From positions 96,001-160,000 of the forward strand of contig CAVVUS010000014.1 of the NCBI GenBank assembly GCA_963751345.1: a stretch of 64,000 nucleotides of DNA. Direction: 5' to 3'. This DNA comes from an uncultured Chloroflexia bacterium. Lineage in GTDB: Bacteria > Chloroflexota > Anaerolineae > B4-G1 > SLSP01. Shown piece by piece: positions 1-8,996 of the stretch (position 1 is the stretch's first letter; each line of letters starts with the position of its first letter). The notes under the pieces are model-generated. The model saw only the letters and a list, made by a program, of their open reading frames with translations, did no database searches and had not been told where the DNA came from. The translations under genes were made by a program, and so were the position numbers.

Positions 1-745
1 AGCATATTCGCCCCCATCAGGATGCGGTTGGGATCGTCGTGCTCCAGCAGGGGGATCATCGACGCGGAGAGCCCCAACGTCGCCTCGGGGCGCTCGTCGA
101 CGATGACCAGCCGCCCATCTCGGACGGTCGCGCCGACGGCGATGGTGAAGACGTGGCCCATGTTCGATCCCTCGGGCACCTCGAAGGGGCAGACGTAGCC
201 GAGCTGTCCGGGGGCGATCACGTCGTGGGCCTCCGGGACCAGGAGTCGACGAAGGTGGGTGTAATATGAAAACCAGTTGGTCTCGTCAACCGGCTGCACG
301 GTGACAAATCGCCCTTCCGTGCCGGCCATGAACTCGGCAACCCACGTGTCGAGGGGAAGCCACGCACGGGCCAACGACGGACATCCCAGGGCAAATCGGC
401 AGGTGCGTGCCCCAGGCGCGCCGCGACGAAATCGTAGAGCTGTTCGCCGACGCAGCGAATCTCGGCCTGATCCAGCTCCGGGCGCGAGGCGGTAGGGATC
501 ACCACCCTGCGCTGCCCACCGATCTCAAAGATACCCCGCTCGTCCGGCTGGGGCAGGTCAAAGGCCACGTCCAGTGCGTCGTCGTGTGCCCCCAAGGTAA
601 CCGCCACCCGGCATTCGTAGACACCGGTCGACTCGACGGCATAGCTGAGCAGCGGCAGCCGCTCGGCAAGCAGCGCCGGCAGCCGCTCATTCAGGAACGT
701 ATCGTATGAAGCTTTGTGCCAGGGTGTCGACACATCAATCGTCAT
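1..745 (-). CDS. Highly reduced RNA polymerase beta-subunit (RpoB) paralogue; 3' end beyond the window; one apparent 1-bp deletion at ~379-380
   Basis: Manual translation across the frameshift gives RpoB motifs in the correct order: DLPQPDERGIFEIGGQRRVVIP (~[22 protein letters not shown]), EIRCVGEQL (~RIRSVGEM), QPVDETNWFSYYTHLRRL (~QFMDQNNPLSEITHKRRI), GYVCPFEVPEGSNMG (~GRVCPIETPEGPNIG), SASMIPLLEHDDPNRILMGANM (~[22 protein letters not shown]). Confidence 0.85.
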
Positions 746-1362
746 CGTATTCCTCCTCCCTTATCCCCATCTTCTTCCCACTCACGTGCCAACTGTGCCC
801 GGGCATAATGCAATCGCGACTTTACCGTCCCCTCGGGAATGTCCAGCGCGTCCGCCGCCTCCCCGAGACTCATCTCCAACTCGTAGACGAGCCGGAAAAC
901 CCGACGCTTCTCCTCCGACAGCTTGTTGACGAGCTGGCGATACCTCGCGCGCTCCTCCGCCTGCTCGACGGCGGCCTCCGGCCCGAGAGAACCGGCATCC
1001 ACCATCCAGGCGGGCACGCGATTGTCGGCGTCGTCATCATCGTCGACGTCCGGGGGGATCTCCAACGGAAGCTCCCGCCGCCGCTGTACCGTGCGGAGAT
1101 GGTTGAGCGCCAGATTGGTCGCGATCCGGTAGAGCCACGCCTTGAACGTGCCCTCCCCCTGCCATTGGTCGGCCCGCATCCACACCCGCAGGAAAGTCTC
1201 CTGCACCACGTCGTATGCTGCAGCTTCATCGTGAACGATGTGGAGAAGGTAAAACCGCAGCGACGTAGCATAGCGATCGACAAGCACCTCGAACGCGTGC
1301 GAGTCGCGATCGAGAATGCTAGTCACCAGGTCACTGTCGGGTACGGGCGACGCGTCTTGCAT
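742..1362 (-). CDS. ECF (sigma-70 group 4) RNA polymerase sigma factor
   Basis: Sigma2 DVVQETFLRVW...FKAWLYRIATNLALNHLR and sigma4 EAADALDIPEGTVKSRLHYAR; start ATG at 1362 after GAGG; stop overlaps the next start (ATGA, 742-745). Confidence 0.95.
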   Translation of the reverse strand: MQDASPVPDSDLVTSILDRDSHAFEVLVDRYATSLRFYLLHIVHDEAAAYDVVQETFLRVWMRADQWQGEGTFKAWLYRIATNLALNHLRTVQRRRELPLEIPPDVDDDDDADNRVPAWMVDAGSLGPEAAVEQAEERARYRQLVNKLSEEKRRVFRLVYELEMSLGEAADALDIPEGTVKSRLHYARAQLAREWEEDGDKGGGIR

Positions 1363-1379
1363 GATGCCTCTACTATACA

Positions 1380-1405
1380 AGACACCGCTGGGCGCAGGAA
1401 AGTTC
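1380..1405 (-). promoter_or_regulatory. Putative ECF-dependent (autoregulatory) promoter GAACTT-N16-GTCT
   Basis: Minus strand reads GAACTT tcctgcgcccagcggt GTCTTG, ending about 15 nt upstream of the sigma start codon. Confidence 0.6.
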
Positions 1406-1459
1406 ACTACCACTTGTGTCTCTTCCCAGACGGACTAGGATAAGCACCGAGAGGCGACC

Positions 1460-2974
1460 ATGAGTGAAAACGACCCGGCAAAGCCGGACACACATCCCAA
1501 CATCATCCTGATCATGACCGACCAGCAGCGCTTCGACACCATTGGTGCGTGGGGCTATGAGCATATGATCACGCCGGCGATTGACCGAATCGCGCGGAAC
1601 GGCGTCTCCTTCAGCCAAGCCTACGCCCCTGGGGCTACATGCGTCGCGTCGCGGGCCGCAATGTTCACCGGGATGTGGCCCCACACCACCGGGGTCTACA
1701 GCTTTGACCCGTGGGCCGACCACCGCAACTGGGTTCAAGATCTGAATGACGCAGGGTACTGGTGCGCGAGCATCGGCAAGATGCACTTCAGTCCACGCGA
1801 TGTGCCGGGTGGCTTTCACGAGCGGGTGATCGTAGAGAACCCCACGAACCTGACCCTGGCCAACGGGGGGGCTGACGATGATTGGGGCCGTTACCTGAGC
1901 CTGTACGGGCTCGAGCGCCCCAACGCCCGCAACCGGTCTGACCCCGACTGGCTCGCCAAGCATCAAGGCGTCCCCTGGCATCTCGAGGAACGCTTCCACA
2001 GCGATGTCTTCATCGGCAACTCCGCGGTGGCCTGGATCAATGGCCACCGCGGCGAGCGCCCGCTCTTTCTGCAAGTAGGCTTTACAGGGCCGCACGAGCC
2101 ATGGGATCCGCTGCCACGCCACTTTGCGCTCTACGAGGGTCGCGAGCTTCCCCCCGCGGTGTGGCGCGAAGGCGAACTCGGCGAGAAGCCGCCACAGCAA
2201 GCGCGTATCAAGGAGTTCCACGCGACCACGTGGCACGAGTCGCAGATCTCGCTCGATGGCGCCTCGCCCGAAGCTATCGCCGAAATGCGGCGCCACTACT
2301 ATGCCAAGATCACGACTGTCGACGAGCAGATCGGGCGGGTGCTGGACGCATTGGAAACTCGGGGTTACCTCGACGACAGCCTGGTCGTCTTCTGCTCCGA
2401 CCACGGCGAGATGCTGGGCGATCACAAAATGGCCTACAAATGGCTGATGTACGATCCTATCGTTCACGTACCGCTGATCATCTGGGATAATCGATCCGCT
2501 GCACGGACGGGCGAGGTGCACGATCTGGTATCGCTTCTGGACATTGGCCCCACCGTGTTACAGGCCGCCGGCATCGATGTCCCCACCTACTTTGAGGGGC
2601 GCTCTCTGCTTCCGTACTTAGAGGGCGATCCAGCCGAGCCGCATCCCTACATTTTCTGCGAGGACAACTACCAGGTGATGATGCGCGGCGCGAACCACAA
2701 ACTCGTCTATTACATTGGCCAGGAAGAGGGCGAGCTTTACGATCTGCAGGAAGATCCCTACGAGCTGACCAACCTGTGGGACGATCCTACGTACGAAGCC
2801 ACCAAGACCGGCCTGCTTCACGATCTGCTCGACTGGTTGACCAGTAGCGTCTACTGGAACGCCGGCTACCGGCGCACACGTTCCCGCCATACGCAAATGC
2901 GTTGGCCGGCCCGCGGCGATGCCAACTTGCACGGTCGTTCTTCAGCGGATAATGGGCACACGGAGCGATGGTGA
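1460..2974 (+). CDS. Cys-type sulfatase (choline-sulfatase/arylsulfatase-like)
   Basis: PNIILIMTDQQR, CVASRAAMFTG (CxxxR), GKMH, SDHGEMLGDH, ELYDL..DPYE motifs. Confidence 0.93.
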   Translation: MSENDPAKPDTHPNIILIMTDQQRFDTIGAWGYEHMITPAIDRIARNGVSFSQAYAPGATCVASRAAMFTGMWPHTTGVYSFDPWADHRNWVQDLNDAGYWCASIGKMHFSPRDVPGGFHERVIVENPTNLTLANGGADDDWGRYLSLYGLERPNARNRSDPDWLAKHQGVPWHLEERFHSDVFIGNSAVAWINGHRGERPLFLQVGFTGPHEPWDPLPRHFALYEGRELPPAVWREGELGEKPPQQARIKEFHATTWHESQISLDGASPEAIAEMRRHYYAKITTVDEQIGRVLDALETRGYLDDSLVVFCSDHGEMLGDHKMAYKWLMYDPIVHVPLIIWDNRSAARTGEVHDLVSLLDIGPTVLQAAGIDVPTYFEGRSLLPYLEGDPAEPHPYIFCEDNYQVMMRGANHKLVYYIGQEEGELYDLQEDPYELTNLWDDPTYEATKTGLLHDLLDWLTSSVYWNAGYRRTRSRHTQMRWPARGDANLHGRSSADNGHTERW

Positions 2975-3040
2975 GGCCGCGCCACATCTCTCCGGTGTTC
3001 GCATCGGTTCAAGTCCACGCACCTATATAGGAGGCTAGCA

Positions 3041-5369
3041 ATGAGATACACTTATGACCGTCTGTCCGTATCCGACAACCGAGAGCCTGTCGACTACGTT
3101 GACACCAATATCGGCACGCTTTCGTACAAGACATGGTCGACCTCACCGGCCGTCCAGCTTCCCCATGGGATGATCGAGATCGACACCTACACGACGCCCG
3201 GCATCGGCGATAAGTATCTGGCAGACAAAATCTACGGTTTCACAACCGGGGCCTTCGCCCTGATGCCCACCGTCGGGAAGCCCGCGCTCTCGCCCGCTGA
3301 GAACGCCTCGGAGTACGATCACGATTTGGAGCTCGCTACGCCTTACCTCTACGCTGTGCTGTTGGAGGATAGTGGGATCGAGGTCGCGTACACCGCGAGC
3401 GAGCGGGCGGCCTACTTCCGCTTCGCCTTCCCGGAGACGGAGACCGGCAATGTCGTGGTCTACCTCGCAGGTGACGCCGAAGCGGCGTTCAACAACGATG
3501 GGAGTCTGACCGGCTCGCAGACCTTCTTCCGGACCAAGACGTACTTCCACATCGAGTTTGGCCAGGCTCCCGGCACGACACAGGTCACCGCGCTTGAGGA
3601 AGAGGCCGGGGCCGGTCGCGGCTGGCGCCGCCTTCGACCGTCGTTGGCCGCCATCGCGAGCTTCGGTGTGGCAGGGGGGAAGGAGGTTGAGGTCCGTGCA
3701 GGCATCTCCTTTATCAGCGCGGATCAGGCCCGCCGGAATCTGCACAGCGAGATCACGGGTTGGGACTTCGAGTTAACCAAGCGCCAGGCCCGCGAGAGCT
3801 GGAACACCGTGCTCCAGCGCATCCGAGTTGAAGGCGGCACGGAGGATCAGAAGACCAGCTTCTATACGGCGATGTATCGCGATCTGCAGCGCATGAAGAA
3901 CATCACCGAGGACGGCAAGTACTACAGTGGGTTCGATGGCGAGGTGCACGACGCCGGCGACCAGGATTTCTACAACGTCGATCAGCCCTGGGATACCTAT
4001 CGCTGTGCCCGCCCTCTGCAGTTCATCCTCGAACCCGAGCGCGTGAACGACATGCTGCAATCCTACACACGGATGGCCGAGCAGTTGGGCTGGATGCCGA
4101 TCACGCCTCACATCAGCGGCGAGCGCGCCACGATGGTCGGCCGGCACATCACGGCGATCATCACCGATGGATACAACAAGGGCTTCCGCGGCTTCGACCT
4201 GGAGACCGCTTACGCCGGCATGCGGGCGAGTGCGCTGGACAGAACCATCCTGCCCTGGGTAAAGGGGCCGGCGACAGAGCTCGATCGCGCTTACGACGAA
4301 CTCGGCTACTATCCCGCACTGCCCACCCGCGAGGATCAGAAGGTGGACGATCCTGACGAATGGCGGGCCAACGTCGAGAGGCATCATCATGTCAGAGATG
4401 CCGTACCAGATCACGTGGCTACCTGAGATCGGCGTAGACGAATGGGTGCCTGAGGTCGACCGCTGGCACCGGCGCCAATCAGTGTCGGTGACGCTGGAGA
4501 ACGGCTATGACGACTGGTGTCTTGCCCAGCTCGCCGAGGCCCTGGGCAAGGACGACGATGCCGAACACTTCATGTGGCGGGCCGCCGGCTACCGCAACCT
4601 CTTCAACCCGGCCATCGGCTTCATGGCGCCCAAGGACGCCGATGGCACCTGGGTCGAGCCGTACCATCCGATCCTGTCAGGCGGCTTCGCCGGTGAGGCT
4701 TTCTTCGCGGAGATGAATGGGTGGACCTACACGTTCCACGTCCAGCACGACGTCCAGGGCTTGATCGATCTGATGGGCTCGCGAGAGGCCTTCGTCGAGA
4801 AGCTGAACGCGCTCTTCACCGAGCAATACATCATGGACAAACCCGCTTTCTGGGGCCAATTCCCTGATGCATCGGGCCTGATCGGGCAGTACAGCCAGGG
4901 CAACGAGCCTAGCTTCCACGTGCCCTATCTCTACAACTACGCCGGCGCCCCGTGGCGGACACAGCGTCGCGTGCGGGATATCATGAAACTTTGGTATAAC
5001 GCGGGGCCGATGGGGCTCTGCGGCGACGATGACATCGGAGCGCTCTCGTCGTGGTACGTCTTCAGCGCGATGGGCTTCTACCCGACCTGCCCGGGACGCC
5101 CCACCTACGACCTCGGTAGCCCGCTCTTCGAGACAACGACCATCAGCATGCCGGAGGGCAAGACCTTCACGATCCACGCCAAGGGCGTGTCGGACCGCAA
5201 CAAGTACATCCAGTCCGCAACGCTCAACGGCGAGCCGTGGGATCGCCCGTGGCTGCGGCACAGCGACCTGGCCAACGGCGGCGTACTGGAACTGGTGATG
5301 GGCCCGCGCCCGAACAAGGAGTGGGGCAGCGATCCCTCCTCGGCGCCCCCGTCGATGTCGACGGACTAG
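3041..5369 (+). CDS. GH92 family glycoside hydrolase (alpha-mannosidase-like), frameshift near 4380-4390
   Basis: WDTYR, SVSVTLE..YDDW, GQYSQGNEPSFHVPYLYNY, GDDDIGALSSWYVFSAMGFYP split over ORFs 3041-4426 and 4389-5369; no signal peptide evident. Confidence 0.9.
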
Positions 5370-5381
5370 GTACGTCATAGA

Positions 5382-5427
5382 GATCTTCCAGGTTGCGCAC
5401 GCCGGCGGGTGCGCAACCTGGAAGGTC
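5382..5427. repeat. REP-like palindrome between convergent genes
   Basis: GATCTTCCAGGTTGCGCAC...GTGCGCAACCTGGAAGGTC; related copy at 46155-46187. Confidence 0.75.
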
Positions 5428-5436
5428 ACAACGCCG

Positions 5437-5949
5437 CTACAACGTCCCGGCGTACTCGACCTCGTACGGCTTGACCTGGTCGATGACCCAGTCTCGCCGC
5501 AGCCGGATGAGCTGCTCGATGTGCCACTGGCCGTGGACGACCCAGGAGGCGAGCATATCGCCTGCACGGATGGGCGCGTCCCACGGCGCCTGGATACTCG
5601 TGTCCCAGTCCGGTGTGCCTAAGCCCTCAAGCCACGTAAGCGACGCCTGACGTTCAGCCAGGAAGTTCTGTAGAGACGACGCCACGTCCCGGGTGTTATA
5701 CGCCCGCTCGGTGATCCACTCGAAGGGCCGGATCGGGTGCCAACCTGCATCCGGCCGGTTGAGGATGTGATCCAGGTGTTCGCGGAAGTCCTCGCGCTCC
5801 TCATCGTAGAGGTGATTGATCACCTCCAGAATTGACCACCGGTCGGGCGCAGGTTTCCATCGTGCCTGCGCGTCGGAGACGTCGGAGACCAGGTTGGCGA
5901 TCAGGTCCGCCTGCGTCGCCATCACCCGCTTCAGATACTCGAAGTCCAT
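5437..5949 (-). CDS. DinB family protein
   Basis: WKPAPDRWSILEVINHLYDEE and C-terminal HGQWHIEQL metal-binding histidines. Confidence 0.88.
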   Translation of the reverse strand: MDFEYLKRVMATQADLIANLVSDVSDAQARWKPAPDRWSILEVINHLYDEEREDFREHLDHILNRPDAGWHPIRPFEWITERAYNTRDVASSLQNFLAERQASLTWLEGLGTPDWDTSIQAPWDAPIRAGDMLASWVVHGQWHIEQLIRLRRDWVIDQVKPYEVEYAGTL

Positions 5950-5991
5950 CGCACCGCCCCCTCTCTTGCATTTCGCCTTCCAGGCATCGAG

Positions 5992-6109
5992 TCAGGCACC
6001 CTTCCTCGCCCGCTCGCTCAATGCCGCCAACAACGGGTCGGCGTCCTCGGTTCCAGAAATGCTCGCCAAACGCTGCAGAGAGACGGGTCTGCATCCGCCG
6101 TAGGTGAGG
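5992..6109 (-). pseudogene. Relic duplicate of the 3' end of the PIG-L deacetylase gene
   Basis: 6013-6048 matches 6192-6227 at 33/36 nt; encodes EDADPLLAALSE versus [12 protein letters not shown]. Confidence 0.6.
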
Positions 6110-6110
6110 A

Positions 6111-6162
6111 AGACCTTTGGGGTTTCCGGCCCGAGCAGACTCGGGCTTTGCCCCAAAGGTCT
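6111..6162. repeat. REP-like palindrome
   Basis: AGACCTTTGGGG...CCCCAAAGGTCT; second copy at 38198-38259. Confidence 0.8.
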
Positions 6163-6167
6163 CAGAG

Positions 6168-6941
6168 CTAGGAAGTGCCCTTCCAGACATACTCGCCCAA
6201 TGCCGCCGACAGCGGGTCGGCGTCCTCCGCGCAGAACCCGAAGTGTAGCCGGCGGCGCCAACCCTCGGCATAGGTGAAGCGGCCCGACATCTCACCTACC
6301 TGGTGGCTCAGGACCTCCATCATATCGAGATAGGAGTCCATCCCCTGGCTCTCGTCCAACCACACTTTCTGGCTCTGGTGGTGCGCCAACATCGCCCGCT
6401 TGGTAGGCAGCACGCCGGTGATGTCGACGAAGATCCCCGGGACGATCGGCTGACCCAGCGGATCGCAGTTGCCGTGAGGTTGAGCGTGGTAGACCGTGAC
6501 CTCTTGGTCAACCGGCGGCACCGGCGGATTGGTGGGGTAGTTAGGCATACCACGCGCGAATGCCGCCGTCACCGCCAGCCGTGCCGCATTCTGGTGATCC
6601 TCCATGTAGTCAACGGGCGATAGCACCAGCAGGATCTCGGGTGCCACCTCGCGCATCACCGCAGCCAGGCGCGCCAGCGTCGCCGGCTCATAGAAGATAG
6701 CCATATCCTCCACAAGGCTATCGTGATGGATCGCCCCGATGAAGGCCGCCGCCGCTCTCGATTCCTCGCGCCGGACGCGGATGATCTCCTCGCGACTATG
6801 GTGCAGCGTTCCGCAGGAGCCGTTGGCGATCGTCATCGTGTGCAGCTCATAGCCCGCCCGTCCTAGAAGGATGAGGGTACCGGCCATGAAAAACTCGATA
6901 TCGTCAGGGTGCGCGGAGACCGCGAAAGCGCGTTTGACCAT
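6168..6941 (-). CDS. PIG-L/LmbE family deacetylase
   Basis: AHPDDIEF motif, [17 protein letters not shown]; start overlaps the upstream stop (TGATG). Confidence 0.9.
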   Translation of the reverse strand: MVKRAFAVSAHPDDIEFFMAGTLILLGRAGYELHTMTIANGSCGTLHHSREEIIRVRREESRAAAAFIGAIHHDSLVEDMAIFYEPATLARLAAVMREVAPEILLVLSPVDYMEDHQNAARLAVTAAFARGMPNYPTNPPVPPVDQEVTVYHAQPHGNCDPLGQPIVPGIFVDITGVLPTKRAMLAHHQSQKVWLDESQGMDSYLDMMEVLSHQVGEMSGRFTYAEGWRRRLHFGFCAEDADPLSAALGEYVWKGTS

Positions 6942-7869
6942 CAGTGCATCTCCGCTTCGCAGGAGCCGATGCCGCCCCGGAGGAAGTTGAACTGGACGTT
7001 CGGGTGATCCGCCAATAACGACATCGGGCACCGCGCTGTCGGGCAGCCGCTTGCCAGATCATCAGCGTCGTGAGGCGCATGCCGAAGGGGTTGTCGTGCG
7101 TCCCGGCCTGCCAGATCGAGACCTTCTCCGCCTTCCAGGTCTCCGCAGGGCCGACCGTGAGCGCCTGGCTCGGCACGTTCTGCACCACGCCGCCGCCCGA
7201 GGTGCGGGCATTCTGGATCAGCGTGATGGGGTGCAGGTCGACGACGCGGGTCTCCAGCTTGCGATATTCGGCAGGAGTGGGCGGGCGGTCAACGTACGGC
7301 CCCTCACGGCGCAGCGGATCGTTAAAGGCCCAGTGCTTGACCTCGCCCTGCCCGCCCTGCATCACGACGCAGCGCGCCGCATCCCAACTCGCCTTGTACT
7401 CGGCGAGATCGACGGCAGGGAAGTGCAGGTTCTCCGCAGGCATCCGCAGATCGGGCCGGATACGATCGAAGCAGAGCGCCATATCGGCACGGCGGAAACT
7501 GAGGGGGTGATCGATCGTGACTTCCTTGCCGTCGACGACCCACTCATCCATGCCCCAGAAGTGCGCGTAACGCAGGTCGAGCTCCAGCGCATTGACCAGC
7601 CGCGCGACCAGCGGCAACTGCTCTGTCGGCCCGATCGGGCCACAGATACCCGCGGGCGTCTCGTCGGTCGCCTGTCGCCAGGCATCGATGTACTCCAGTG
7701 CCTCGGCGAGGTAGAAGTCCTCCAACGTGTCGTAGAAAACCACGCGGAATCCGGGCCGGCTCAACGCCAGCATATCCTCCGGCGTCAGCCTGGCAGCGTC
7801 GTCCAGGATCTCCCGATCCAGCGTCGTGTAGTCCCACCAATCCGGCGCCACTTTGCTCAAGGGTCGCAT
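6941..7869 (-). CDS. Glucosamine-6-phosphate deaminase/isomerase (NagB)-like protein; indels near 7025-7057
   Basis: [30 protein letters not shown]; corrected C-terminus [16 protein letters not shown]...EAEMH. Confidence 0.8.
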
Positions 7870-7889
7870 CTGTGCCTCCTCTCGCGGAA

Positions 7890-7997
7890 AAGAGGATAGG
7901 GGATAAGGAAATAAGGGATAGGGGGGCTGGGTATTGTCCGGCCCATCCTGTCTCCCGTATCCCTTGGTTCCCTACTCCCTATCCCTCTCCTTACTCC
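7890..7997. repeat. Inverted tract of short 7-8-mer repeats (GGATAGG/GGATAAGG ... CCCTATCC)
   Basis: Purine-rich repeats followed by their pyrimidine-rich complement in an intergenic gap. Confidence 0.6.
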
Positions 7998-8971
7998 CGA
8001 TACACCGCCTCACGCAACCCCTTGATGTAGCCGATCGCGAACAGTCGCCCGATGCGGGTGTAGCCGGGGTGACCGTAGTCATCACCGGCCATCGTGGGCA
8101 CGTGGTCGGGGCGGCAGACGCCCTCGTAGCCGACGTCGCGATAGGCGCGCAGGCACTCCAGCATGTCGGTCTTGCCGTCGTCGTGGAACGTCTCGACGTA
8201 CTTCTCAGGCGTCCCGCGGACGTCGCGGAAGTGGACGAAGAAGACCTTGTCCTGACCACAGAAGTGGCGGATCGCGCCGGGCAGGTCGTCGGTCATCAGC
8301 GTGAAGTTTCCCTGGCAGAGCGCGATGCCGTTGACCGGGCTGGGGACGATGTCGAGCAGCTTCTGGTAGTTCTCGATGCTGCGCAGCACGCGCGCGAAGC
8401 CGCGAATCGGCGAGAGCGGCGGATCATCCGGATGCGCGGCCAGTTTGACGTTGTATTCCTCGGCCACGGGCACGACCTGCTCCAGGAAATACTGGAGGTT
8501 CGCCCAGATCTGGTCGTCGGAGAACACGCCATACTCGGTCAGCGGCGCGTCCTTCATCAGGTCGTGGTCGTACCCGGTCACGAGGGCGCCGCCGCGGGTT
8601 GGGATGGTGCTGGACGTGCGCAGCACGGTGACCCCCGCCATGAACTCATAGCACCAGACGGGGATCTCCAGCCGGCCCATGTTGCGGATGAACTCCTTGA
8701 TGACCTCGATCTCTTCGTCGCGTCCCGGAAGGCCCAGCTTGATCTTGTCCATCGGGGGCCGGCTCTCGATGACGGCCAACTCGAAGCCCGCGTTCGCATA
8801 CGCGGTCTTCATCCGCAGCAACGACATATAGCTCCACGGCTGCCACTCCGGATCGGCATCGGGGATAGGCTGCAGGCCAAACCCGCCGACCACGTAGTCG
8901 ACGCCGCACTGCTTGATAGGCAGCCAGAGTTCCTTCTGATCCGGATGAAATACCTCAGCGATCTTGATCAT
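7991..8971 (-). CDS. uxuA: Mannonate dehydratase family protein
   Basis: KLAAHPDDPP, NGIALCQGNF, FVHFRDVRG, RPDHVPTM, GRLFAIGYIKGL. Confidence 0.85.
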   Translation of the reverse strand: MIKIAEVFHPDQKELWLPIKQCGVDYVVGGFGLQPIPDADPEWQPWSYMSLLRMKTAYANAGFELAVIESRPPMDKIKLGLPGRDEEIEVIKEFIRNMGRLEIPVWCYEFMAGVTVLRTSSTIPTRGGALVTGYDHDLMKDAPLTEYGVFSDDQIWANLQYFLEQVVPVAEEYNVKLAAHPDDPPLSPIRGFARVLRSIENYQKLLDIVPSPVNGIALCQGNFTLMTDDLPGAIRHFCGQDKVFFVHFRDVRGTPEKYVETFHDDGKTDMLECLRAYRDVGYEGVCRPDHVPTMAGDDYGHPGYTRIGRLFAIGYIKGLREAVYRE

Positions 8972-8996
8972 GTCTCTCCTCTGTGAATCGATGTGA

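Noticed and set aside
1-745. Interpretation as the housekeeping rpoB
   Set aside because: About 430 residues shorter up to the HDD motif, highly diverged, and preceded by an ECF sigma rather than ribosomal protein genes.
3000-3025. GGTTCAAGTCC resembling a tRNA T-loop or an integration site
   Set aside because: The T-stem does not pair fully, and no acceptor, D or anticodon arms or integrase are nearby.
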